Under the pieces are notes generated by a model. That model did not search any database, was not told the DNA's origin, and worked only from the letters and a program-made list of their open reading frames with translations. A program made the position numbers and the translations under genes. DNA of 64,000 nt, taken from contig DATKYS010000118.1 in NCBI GenBank assembly GCA_035528375.1, positions 7,824-71,823 on the forward strand, given 5' to 3'. This stretch comes from a bacterium. Its GTDB lineage: Bacteria; RBG-13-66-14. Position 1 is the stretch's first letter; the number at the start of each line of letters is the position of its first letter. This document shows positions 9,995 to 18,207 of the stretch, piece by piece.

Positions 9995-11056
9995 ATGGCC
10001 GGCGCGGAGAAGCAGCTCTCCAACGTCGCCAGCCGCGCGGCGAAGGCGGGGTGGAGGGTGGAGATACTGGTTCTCGGCGACCAATGGGAAGAAACGCTCC
10101 TCCCGATAGCCGAGCCCTGCCCCGTGACGACCCTGCCGAACCGTCCCCGGGGGTTGGCCCGGCTCCGGGCCCTGGCACAGAAGTTGGAACGGGAAGACTG
10201 GCCGCTCGTGGCGGGCCAGCTCTTCTCGGGAAACCTCTACGCCGTGGCCGCGGCCCGCAAGACGGGGAGGAAGGCGCTCGTCTTCGAGGGGGGGCTGGAG
10301 CCCTGGAAGCGCTGGTATCACCTGACTGCCTGCCGGTGGTACTGGAGGAGGGCGGAGCTGATCGAGGTCAACTCCCGGGCGGTGGGGGAAATGGTTCTCT
10401 CGCGGGGCGGTCCGGAGCCCAAGCTCCGAATCATCTACAACGGCATAGAAGCCGGGCGACCAGTGACCGATGACGAGCGCAGGGAAGCCAGGCGGAAGCT
10501 CGGGGTGAGCTCGGGACCGGTGGTGGTGATGGTGGCCAACCTCCGGCACCCCAAGGACCCCCAGACCCTGGTGAAAGCGACCGCTCGCTTGAAAAACGCA
10601 TACCCCGGAATCCGGACCCTCCTCGCCGGAAAAGGCCACCTCCGCCCCGCGGTCGAGGAGCTCGTACGAGAGCTGGGACTCGGGGAAGAGGTGCGGCTTC
10701 TCGGTCGGACCTACGACGTGATGTGCGTGCTGGCCGCGGCGGACGTTTTCTGCCATTCGAGCCTCTCCGAGGGACTTCCCAACGCGGTGATCGAGGCTCA
10801 GGCCGCCGGAATCCCCTGTGTCGTTTCGAGGGCCGGGGGGAGCACGGAACTCATTACGGATGGCGACCGGGGGTTGGTTTTTGAGATAGGTGACGTGGAC
10901 GGCTGCGCCGCGGCCATCTCCCGCTTGCTGGAAGACCCCGGGGAGGCCCGACGGATGGCCGAAAATTCCCGCGACTGGGTCGTCCGGGAGCTCTCCTTCG
11001 AGCGGAACCTGGAACTGCACCGCCGTCTGTACGAGGAAGCCCTGGGCATCTCGTAA
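9995..11056 (+). CDS. glycosyltransferase family 4 (N-terminus possibly truncated or non-canonical start)
   Basis: GT4 C-terminal signature HSSLSEGLPNAVIEAQAAGIPCVVSRAGG...TGLLV. The conserved beta1 motif (PSILHVIGPWY) is encoded in-frame directly upstream of the first ATG, with no ATG/GTG/TTG available there. Confidence 0.65.
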   Translation: MAGAEKQLSNVASRAAKAGWRVEILVLGDQWEETLLPIAEPCPVTTLPNRPRGLARLRALAQKLEREDWPLVAGQLFSGNLYAVAAARKTGRKALVFEGGLEPWKRWYHLTACRWYWRRAELIEVNSRAVGEMVLSRGGPEPKLRIIYNGIEAGRPVTDDERREARRKLGVSSGPVVVMVANLRHPKDPQTLVKATARLKNAYPGIRTLLAGKGHLRPAVEELVRELGLGEEVRLLGRTYDVMCVLAAADVFCHSSLSEGLPNAVIEAQAAGIPCVVSRAGGSTELITDGDRGLVFEIGDVDGCAAAISRLLEDPGEARRMAENSRDWVVRELSFERNLELHRRLYEEALGIS

Positions 11057-11058
11057 AA

Positions 11059-12120
11059 ATGCGTCTTTTTCTCATCACCCCCCACCTCATCGCCGGCGGC
11101 GCCGAACGGGACACCATCGCGCTGGCGGGCGGGCTCGTACACCGCGGGCACCGGGTGACCCTGGTCTCGCACGGCGGCGCGCTCTCCCCCGAGGCCAAAG
11201 ACTGCGGAGTGGAGGTCGTGGAGCTGCGGACGCACAGCCGCACGCCACGGGGCCTCGCGCGGCTGTCCCGGGAACTGGCGGCGTTGATCGCCGAGAGGGG
11301 CTGCGACCTGGTCCACACCCAGGCGATTCTGCCGGCGGTCGCGGCGCGGAGGGGCCTCGGGCGAGGGGTGCCGGTCCTGGTGACCATCCACAACCTCCAC
11401 CGGCGCTGGTCCTACCCCCTGGCGGCGGGGCTGCTCCGGTGGGCCGCCGACCGGGTGCTGTTCGTATCCGATTACGAGCGGCGGAATTTTCGGCGGTGCG
11501 GTTTTCCCGACAATCTCGCCCTGACCGTGCAGACCGGCCTGCCGGACGCGTTCTTCGACATCGAGCCCGAGCGGACCGGGGATCGCTTCACCTTCCTGAT
11601 GCCGGCCCGCATTGACGGACGGAAGGGGCACGACGACCTCCTGCGGGCCGTATCCATTTGCGGAGACGCCCCCTTCGATGTGTGGATCGCCGGCGACGGC
11701 CCCGCCCGGCGTTCCCTGGAACGGATGGCCGCCCGTCTCGGCGTGACCGGCCGGGTCAAGTTCCTCGGCTTCCAGCGGGATATGCCGGCGCTGCTCGAGC
11801 GCGTGAACGCCCTGGTCCTTCCCAGCCTGCGCGAGTCGCTGCCGCTTTCCCTGCGCGAGGGTTTCGCCGCCGGGCTCCCGGCGGTCGCCACCGCCGTGGG
11901 CGGGATTCCCGAGCTCGTCGAGCACGGCCGGACGGGATTGTTGGTCCCCCGCCGCGACCACCGGAGGCTGGCCCGGGCGATGAGATGCCTCGCCGTCAGA
12001 CCGGGCCTGGTGGACAGCATGGGCGAAACCGCCCGGCGGACCGCCGAACGTCGCTGGAGGTTGAAGGGATACCTGGATCAGCTGGAAATGGTGTACCGGG
12101 AACTGCTGGAGGGTCGGTGA
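11059..12120 (+). CDS. glycosyltransferase family 4
   Basis: MRLFLITPHLIAGGAERD N-terminus and LPSLRESLPLSLREGFAAGLPAVATAVGGIPELVEHGRTGLLV C-terminal EX7E region. Confidence 0.75.
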   Translation: MRLFLITPHLIAGGAERDTIALAGGLVHRGHRVTLVSHGGALSPEAKDCGVEVVELRTHSRTPRGLARLSRELAALIAERGCDLVHTQAILPAVAARRGLGRGVPVLVTIHNLHRRWSYPLAAGLLRWAADRVLFVSDYERRNFRRCGFPDNLALTVQTGLPDAFFDIEPERTGDRFTFLMPARIDGRKGHDDLLRAVSICGDAPFDVWIAGDGPARRSLERMAARLGVTGRVKFLGFQRDMPALLERVNALVLPSLRESLPLSLREGFAAGLPAVATAVGGIPELVEHGRTGLLVPRRDHRRLARAMRCLAVRPGLVDSMGETARRTAERRWRLKGYLDQLEMVYRELLEGR

Positions 12121-12431
12121 GCCTTTACGAGTGGGCGCTTCTGGTCGGAGGGGTGGTGCTTCTATCCCTGGCGAATTACCGCTTTTACTTCGGTGGCCGG
12201 CGTTTTAGTTACGTGCTATTCGTTCTGGCCTCGGCGTTCTTCGTCGGCAGCTTCCTCCTGGCCGGGCTGGTGCGGGAGGATTACAACGCCGCGCTGACGC
12301 TGATGCTCATCTACCTCGCGGTCTACGTCGTCGAGCGGGTCGGCTTTATCCTGCTCACGGGCTTTCTGCGCAAGCGCGCCGCGAAGGGTCACGAGGACGA
12401 GGGGGACCAGACCGGCCAGAGCGGCGATTAA
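12117..12431 (+). CDS. small hydrophobic membrane protein (3 predicted TM helices), hypothetical
   Basis: GTG start overlaps the GT4 stop (GTGA coupling). High GC3 codon usage. It overlaps the convergent gene 12216..13010 by 216 nt, so one of the two may be misassigned. Confidence 0.35.
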   Translation: MSLYEWALLVGGVVLLSLANYRFYFGGRRFSYVLFVLASAFFVGSFLLAGLVREDYNAALTLMLIYLAVYVVERVGFILLTGFLRKRAAKGHEDEGDQTGQSGD

Positions 12432-13010
12432 CCAGGGTCCGGTCGAAGACAGCCCCTCCACGGACACACCGCAATCGAAGGTGTTAAACAGGGCGGTGAA
12501 GAGCACCGCGGCCGGCCAGAAGCTCCCCGCCGCCCAGGTCAGCATCCCCGCCAGACCGGCCGACACGACGCCGCGGGTCGTGGGCACGACGGCGAGCACC
12601 GCCAGCGCCCCCCAGATGATTCTCCCCATGAAACCGCCCGAGTCGAGAAAAACGGGCAGAAAGCGGTAGGCGAAATAGGCCACTCCCGCCGCGGCCACCG
12701 CATTGGAGACCCAGACCCAGACATCCGCCCAGCCTGCGGGAGCTTTCAGCTCGGGGAAGAGGAAGAACACCGCGACGGCGACCGCGCCCGCGACGAGAAG
12801 CTGCCGGTAGAGGCTCGCCCCCGATTCGGCGGGAATCCGATTGAGTCTGATCCAGACCAGGGGCGCGACGATGCCGACCGCGACGAAGGCGATCAGCCGG
12901 TAAAAAAGCTCGTAGGCCACGTTGGCTCCGCCCAGCCAGTGGGTCGCGGCCAGGAGAACGTAGGCGGTCACCAGGCCCAGGGCGTAAAAAAGACGTATCC
13001 TCGACGACAT
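12216..13010 (-). CDS. polytopic membrane protein, hypothetical
   Basis: 264-aa ORF, N-terminal 190 aa strongly hydrophobic with coding-like GC3. C-terminal charged tail overlaps + strand small ORF. Confidence 0.5.
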   Translation of the reverse strand: MSSRIRLFYALGLVTAYVLLAATHWLGGANVAYELFYRLIAFVAVGIVAPLVWIRLNRIPAESGASLYRQLLVAGAVAVAVFFLFPELKAPAGWADVWVWVSNAVAAAGVAYFAYRFLPVFLDSGGFMGRIIWGALAVLAVVPTTRGVVSAGLAGMLTWAAGSFWPAAVLFTALFNTFDCGVSVEGLSSTGPWLIAALAGLVPLVLVTLRGALAQKAREQDKADPLDDVDREVDEHQRQRGVVILPHQPGQEEAADEERRGQNE

Positions 13011-15363
13011 GACGTCACCTCGGCTTCACAAAATTATATGGGTCATCCTCCTGCTGGTCAAGCCGGCCGGGGCGGATGCCTGGTCCGAGGCCCAGTCCGC
13101 CGCCGGCTCCGGGGATTACGCGGAGGCGGTCGGTATTCTGACCCGGGCCGTGGACGCGGGTGAGGTCCGCCCGGACAATCTGGGCCGGTGCGAGACCCAG
13201 ATTTTCCTCTGGCGCCGGGAGCTGGGCGAGGGGCGGCAGGCTCTGGAGAGGCTTTTCGAGCTGCCCGATCGGGCGACGGGCGGACTGGACTCCGCCGCCC
13301 TGGCCCTGGGGGATTATTTCGCGCAGGCCCCCGCCGACCTCCATCTCTGGTTCGAGGCCGCGGAGAGCCGCGCCGCATGGAACGTCGTGGCGGACGTGCT
13401 GGCGAAGCGCCTCCTGGAAAAAAACGCCTTCGAAGCCGCCGCCCGGGTGGCCGGTTCCCAGCCCACCCGGTGCCGGAGCGTGCTCGACGACCTGACCCGC
13501 CGACCGGAAATCGCCGCGCTCGCCCTGGCCTCTTACGGGGGAGACCCCTACGGCTTCGACCTAGGCACCTGGAAGGTCTGGCTCCGCCTGACCGAATCCG
13601 CCCGGGGACCCGAGGTCGCGGTAACCGAGGCCCTGCGGAAGGTCGCGCTCGACCCGTACCGGGTGGATTTTCGCTGCGAGGCGAGTGAGCGGCTGCGCGG
13701 TCTGGGCCGCGCCGACGAGGCCCTCGGGCTCTGGGAGGGCCGGGACGGCTCCCGGGACGACCGGGTGTACGTCGAGCGGGGGGAGTGTCTCTACGCCCTG
13801 GGGCGCGTGGAAGAGGCGCTGGAAAACTGGCGGGCCAAGCTGGATCGGGCCGACCTGAGGCCGGGTGACGTGCGGACGGTGGCGCGAATTTTCTCCGACC
13901 ACGGGCTCAACGAAGAGGCGCTCCGGTTGCTGGAAAACCCGCCCACCGGCGATTTGGCGGATTACAGTCGGGACGTCGTCCGGCTCCTCTTCGCCCTCGG
14001 GCGCTACCGGGATGCCGCCGAAACCTGTGTCGAGGCCATTTCCCGGGAGGGTCCCGGCTCATGGGCCGTCGGGTTTTTCGGAAATTTCGGTGCGACGGAA
14101 GAGACGGCGCTCGTCGCCCTGGACACCCTCGAGGGCCGCGATGAGCCGGTGTTCGGCCGCATCCGCCTGGGCATCGCCCTCTCGCCCTGGGCGCTGGGCA
14201 CCGTGGAGGACGGTCCCGGGCCCCTGCCCCACCCCTGGGCACAGGGAAGACCGAGGCTAGTGCTGGATGAACGTGCCCATCGGATCGTCGAGGACGAAAT
14301 CCGCTCCTTGACCGCCTTCTTCGCCGAGCACGCCGACATCACCCCCTGGCTGACCGGCGCGGGCGGAATCCTCCCCCTCGAGGTGGTGAAAGCCCTGGGA
14401 CAGGTCGGGCTCCCGGAAGCGGCGCTGGAATCCGCCCTGCGACTGGCCTCCCTGGAGGGACTGACCGCCGACGCCCGGGGAGCGCTCGCGTCCGCCGGCC
14501 TGTCCTTCGCCTGCGCCTCCAACCTGAGCGCCCGCGGTATCGAGCCGGATAAAATCCTCGCCCTGAACCCCGCCGACCGTGAACTGACGTGGCGAACGGC
14601 CCTCTTCCTCCTGCGCGGCGGCCGGCCCGCCGAGGCGGAGGAACTGCTTGAGGAACTGACCGAAGGATACGGTTACGGTCCCGACGAGGAACAGCTCCTC
14701 GCCGCCCGCATCGAGGCCGCCCTACTCCGGGGCGAGCCGGAACGGGCCTGGAAGCTCTCCGGACGGACACCGGACGACCTCGTCGAGCCGACCGACCCGG
14801 AGCTCCACTACCAGTTGACACTTCTCCAACTCACGCGCCTGGCGGAAAGGCTCGAGGGGGACCCGTCCTTCGATCCGGCGCCGGTCATGGATTGGGTCCG
14901 GCGGTATATCGCGCGGAACGGGGACGACCCGCGGGCCACGGACCTCTTACGCCTGCTCCTGGCCTCGGGCTTCGCCGAGAGTTTTGAGGAAAAGGGGGCG
15001 TTCACCGACCTGGTGGAGGCCTATCTGGCCGGCATCCGGTGTGATTCGTCCGCGGAGGGACGTTGCCTTCGGGAAGCCCTGGCCGCCGGCGGTCCGCTGG
15101 GGGACGAGGCGGCCGTCCAACTGGCCGACCTCCTGGCCGGGGAGGGGGATTACGCCTCGGCCCGCGACGTTCTCGCGGACGTCATCGCCGCCGCCACCGA
15201 GGGCACGGGCGATCGGGCGTTGGCTCTGGCGGCCTGGCTCGACGCCGATTTTCTCGAGGACACCGAGGGCGCGACGGGTGACCTGACCGCGCTGATCAGC
15301 GACTACCCCGGGTCGGTGCTGCTTGAGTACGCCCGCCGCGGCCTGGCCGTCCTGAACCGATGA
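13009..15363 (+). CDS. secreted TPR-like helical repeat protein, hypothetical
   Basis: 784 aa. N-terminal signal-like segment IIWVILLLVKPAGADA. Multiple TPR-like G-[DR]-Y-x-x-A units. Ala/Leu/Glu/Arg-rich. Stop overlaps start of radical SAM gene (ATGA). Confidence 0.55.
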   Translation: MTSPRLHKIIWVILLLVKPAGADAWSEAQSAAGSGDYAEAVGILTRAVDAGEVRPDNLGRCETQIFLWRRELGEGRQALERLFELPDRATGGLDSAALALGDYFAQAPADLHLWFEAAESRAAWNVVADVLAKRLLEKNAFEAAARVAGSQPTRCRSVLDDLTRRPEIAALALASYGGDPYGFDLGTWKVWLRLTESARGPEVAVTEALRKVALDPYRVDFRCEASERLRGLGRADEALGLWEGRDGSRDDRVYVERGECLYALGRVEEALENWRAKLDRADLRPGDVRTVARIFSDHGLNEEALRLLENPPTGDLADYSRDVVRLLFALGRYRDAAETCVEAISREGPGSWAVGFFGNFGATEETALVALDTLEGRDEPVFGRIRLGIALSPWALGTVEDGPGPLPHPWAQGRPRLVLDERAHRIVEDEIRSLTAFFAEHADITPWLTGAGGILPLEVVKALGQVGLPEAALESALRLASLEGLTADARGALASAGLSFACASNLSARGIEPDKILALNPADRELTWRTALFLLRGGRPAEAEELLEELTEGYGYGPDEEQLLAARIEAALLRGEPERAWKLSGRTPDDLVEPTDPELHYQLTLLQLTRLAERLEGDPSFDPAPVMDWVRRYIARNGDDPRATDLLRLLLASGFAESFEEKGAFTDLVEAYLAGIRCDSSAEGRCLREALAAGGPLGDEAAVQLADLLAGEGDYASARDVLADVIAAATEGTGDRALALAAWLDADFLEDTEGATGDLTALISDYPGSVLLEYARRGLAVLNR

Positions 15364-16229
15364 CTGAGCGCAACGGCGCGTCGCTCCGACGTCTCGACGA
15401 GATTTACCGGAGCTGCGCCCTCTGCCCCCGGGCATGCGGGGTGGACCGGACGGCGGGGGAGAGGGGGTCCTGCGGCGTGGGACCGGTGCCGCCGGTCACC
15501 TCCGCCGGTCCCCACTTCGGAGAGGAGCCGGAGCTGGTCGGGGGCGGCGGTTCGGGGACCATCTTCTTCGGCGGCTGCAACCTCCACTGCCTCTTCTGCC
15601 AGAACGCCGACATCAGCCAGCGCGCGGTGGGGAGACCCGCGGGGCCCGAGGAACTGGCCCGATTGATGCTCACCCTGGAGGGGATGGACTGCCAGAACGT
15701 GAACCTGGTGACGCCGACCCACCTCGCCCCCCCGCTGGCCCGGGCGGTGAGCCTCGCCCGGGGGATGGGCCTGCGGGTGCCGCTGGTCTGGAACTGCGGG
15801 GGGTACGAGAGTCGGGAGGTCATCGCCCTGCTGGACGGTTTGGTTGAGATTTACATGCCCGACTTCAAGTACGGCCCCGACGCTCCCGCCGGGGAGCTCT
15901 CGGGGGCGCCGGACTACTTCGAGAAATGCTCCGAGGTTCTTTGCGAGATGCAGCGCCAGGTGGGGGTCCTGGAGACCGACGACCGCGGCGTAGCCCGGAA
16001 GGGGCTTTTAATCCGCCACCTGGTCCTCCCGGGCGGACTGGCCGACTCCCGGGGCGTCCTGCGGTTCATCGCCGAACTATCCACCGAAAGCTACGTCAAC
16101 GTCATGGACCAGTACCGCCCCTGCCACCGGGTGGGTGAGTACGGGGGCCTGAACCGGCGGCCGACCGCCGGCGAGGTGGAGGATGTCCGGGGGTACGCGC
16201 GGGGGCTGGGTCTTCACCGCGGATTTTGA
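15360..16229 (+). CDS. radical SAM protein, PflX/AmrS-like (pyruvate formate-lyase activating enzyme-like family)
   Basis: N-terminal CALCPRACGVDRTAGERGSCG motif plus canonical CxxxCxxC radical SAM cluster (GCNLHCLFCQNADIS). 289 aa, no SPASM extension. Confidence 0.7.
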   Translation: MTERNGASLRRLDEIYRSCALCPRACGVDRTAGERGSCGVGPVPPVTSAGPHFGEEPELVGGGGSGTIFFGGCNLHCLFCQNADISQRAVGRPAGPEELARLMLTLEGMDCQNVNLVTPTHLAPPLARAVSLARGMGLRVPLVWNCGGYESREVIALLDGLVEIYMPDFKYGPDAPAGELSGAPDYFEKCSEVLCEMQRQVGVLETDDRGVARKGLLIRHLVLPGGLADSRGVLRFIAELSTESYVNVMDQYRPCHRVGEYGGLNRRPTAGEVEDVRGYARGLGLHRGF

Positions 16230-16249
16230 AGACGCACCAAACCGGTCAA

Positions 16250-16278
16250 AAAAGAGGCCCCACGGTCTCCCCTTTTTA
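16250..16278 (+). terminator. rho-independent terminator (GAGGCC-CCAC-GGUCUC then T5)
   Basis: Hairpin 16254-16270 followed by ttttt, downstream of the radical SAM gene. A-run before it makes it bidirectional-capable. Confidence 0.6.
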
Positions 16279-16305
16279 TGACCTCCCAGGTGTTTTTTCT
16301 TCTTT

Positions 16306-16335
16306 CTTAAAAAAGGGAGGCCCCACGGCCTCCCC
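16306..16335 (-). terminator. rho-independent terminator for minus-strand gene 16358..17149 (GGGAGGCC-CCAC-GGCCUCCC, T-run on minus strand)
   Basis: Perfect 8-bp GC stem 16315-16334 with the A-run 16308-16314 on + strand (T-run in minus orientation). Near-identical direct copy of the hairpin at 16254-16270. Confidence 0.6.
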
Positions 16336-16357
16336 TCATTCAATCAAAACCGGCGGA

Positions 16358-17149
16358 TCACTGCGCGAAGACGCTCTTGAGGCTGCCCCAGGTTACCTCA
16401 GCCACACCCGATACGTTGTCGGTGAGGAAGTTCATCATGTTCTTGAACATGTTGACCGTAACGGGCGTTTGTGACATACGCCACCATTCGGCGGCGTCAC
16501 GGTTGCCGTTCCAGTACACCACGATGCCGCCTAGGGGCGGAACCACCTCCGTGACGAGGATTTTCGCCGGTCCCACGCCGTGGTCGCCGGTAACGGTGAC
16601 GGCCACCGCGTACGTCACCGGCAGCTTCGGTTCGGCCATGTCGTGGTCGGAGGCATAGGCTATGATATCGTAGGTTCCGTCGTAAAAACCGGCCTCGCCG
16701 TCGGCGACCCAGTTGTTCGGATTGGTGACGGTGAACTGTTCGCAGAAGGGGCAGTCGCCGTAGATTGCGGAGCCGACCAGTTCGGCCATCAGCGGGTCGT
16801 TGGGGCTGCCCAGGGAATCCTCCCCGGTCACCACCAGGAAGTTGCCCTCGCCGACCCACTTCTGCATGACCTGGTACTCGCTTTCCAGGATGGCCCGGTT
16901 GTCGTTGTACCAGAGGATGATGTCGTAATCCAAGAGGAATCTTAAATCCGCCGATTTATTCATAATCCAGTTGTTGTGCCAGTGATCGAAACTGATGCCC
17001 ATGTCGGTGAGGACCTGCTCCACACTGTCCAGATTGTTGTTGTCGTCGGGCATGCCGTAATCGGGGGAGGAGTCGTCCAGGAGTAAAAGATTGTAAGCCG
17101 ACGCACCGAGGACCATCGCGAAGCAAAGAGTGATAGCGGTAAGTTTCAT
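16358..17149 (-). CDS. secreted protein of unknown function, paralog 1 (LLLDD...DYDIILWYNDNRAI...VVTGEDSLG...GGIVVYWNGN family)
   Basis: 263 aa, signal peptide. ~50% identical over full length to the adjacent gene 17243..18034. Alternating beta-alpha pattern suggests a flavodoxin-like/class I GATase-like fold (speculative). Confidence 0.6.
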   Translation of the reverse strand: MKLTAITLCFAMVLGASAYNLLLLDDSSPDYGMPDDNNNLDSVEQVLTDMGISFDHWHNNWIMNKSADLRFLLDYDIILWYNDNRAILESEYQVMQKWVGEGNFLVVTGEDSLGSPNDPLMAELVGSAIYGDCPFCEQFTVTNPNNWVADGEAGFYDGTYDIIAYASDHDMAEPKLPVTYAVAVTVTGDHGVGPAKILVTEVVPPLGGIVVYWNGNRDAAEWWRMSQTPVTVNMFKNMMNFLTDNVSGVAEVTWGSLKSVFAQ

Positions 17150-17242
17150 CTCTCGTCCCCCCGATCAGAGGTTACTTTTTGTTGAAAAAATCTAATCCCG
17201 AGAAAAACAGAACATACCGGAGATATTGTACACCAACCAGGG

Positions 17243-18034
17243 TTACGGTGTAAACACTCCCTTAATCCCGCCCCAGCTCATCTCCTGAACGGGCACCAGG
17301 GCGACGAAGTAATCCATCATGTTCCGGAACATGTTGACCGTCTCGGGCGACTGGGTAAAACGCCACCACTCGATGGAATCCCAGTTTCCGTTCCAGTAGA
17401 CGATTATCCCCCCGTTGCCCACGCCCTCGGTGAGCAGAATCTTCGCCGGTCCCATGACGTGACCGGTGAATGAGGTGGCGATTTTTCGCGTGCCGGGCGC
17501 CGGCTGGGCCCAGTCGTGGTCCGCGCCATCGGGGAGGATGTCGTAGCTACCGGAGAAATAACCCCAATCCCCGTCCATGATGAAGTTGTCCGATTCACCG
17601 ACGGTGAAGGAATCGCAGAAGGGGTAGTCACCGCAGGTCGAAGAGCCCACCAGTTGGGCCATGATGGGGTCGTTGGGGTTCCCCAGGGAGTCGTAGCCGG
17701 TGACGATGAGGATGTTGCCCTCCTCGACCCAGGCGTGAACCGCGTCGTACTCGGTCTGGTCTATGGCCCGGTTGTCGTTGTACCAGATAATGATCCGGTA
17801 GTCGTTCAGAAAATCGAGATCGGCGGTGATACCCGGATAGCGGAGTCGGTCGTTCCACTCGTGGTCGAAGGGGATGCCCATGTTTGTTAAAATATTCTCA
17901 ACTCGGTCCAGATTGACGATGTTTGGATACCCATCAGGTCCGTCCTGGATGTTGTCGTCTACAAGCAGGACATCCACCGCCCCCGCCGCGGTGAAACCGA
18001 GGAAGAGCAACGCTAGAAGCATCCGTTTCATGAC
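17243..18034 (-). CDS. secreted protein of unknown function, paralog 2 (same family as 16358..17149)
   Basis: Start taken at internal ATG (MKRMLLALLFLGFTAAGA signal peptide). The ORF-track N-terminal extension is unlikely to be coding. Collinear conserved blocks VLLVDD, YRIIIWYNDNRAI, ILIVTGYDSLGNPNDP, GGIIVYWNGNWD. Confidence 0.6.
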   Translation of the reverse strand, partial: VMKRMLLALLFLGFTAAGAVDVLLVDDNIQDGPDGYPNIVNLDRVENILTNMGIPFDHEWNDRLRYPGITADLDFLNDYRIIIWYNDNRAIDQTEYDAVHAWVEEGNILIVTGYDSLGNPNDPIMAQLVGSSTCGDYPFCDSFTVGESDNFIMDGDWGYFSGSYDILPDGADHDWAQPAPGTRKIATSFTGHVMGPAKILLTEGVGNGGIIVYWNGNWDSIEWWRFTQSPETVNMFRNMMDYFVALVPVQEMSWGGIKGVFTP

Positions 18035-18207
18035 TCGCCCCCTTCCCTCAGCCTCCGGCAGACCGTTTCCACCCCTGAAACCGCCGGGGCGCGTCGGGAA
18101 ACCTGGTTGATTCCTCCAAGCCATTTTAAATATAGCACCGGAGTTCCTCTGCGTCAAGAAAATGTACGGCTTGACTAATCGGGGCGCCCCATGCAGAATC
18201 CGAACAG

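Noticed and set aside
11658-12116. Upstream 150 aa of ORF 11658..12431
   Set aside because: It is in the +1 frame inside the GT4 gene 11059..12120. Only the portion after the GT4 stop (12117 onward) is a candidate gene.
17243-18157. 41-aa N-terminal extension of secreted paralog 2 and 16-aa extension of gene 19931..20890
   Set aside because: Signal peptides begin at internal Met codons. The extensions lack counterpart in the paralog and overlap divergent promoter regions.
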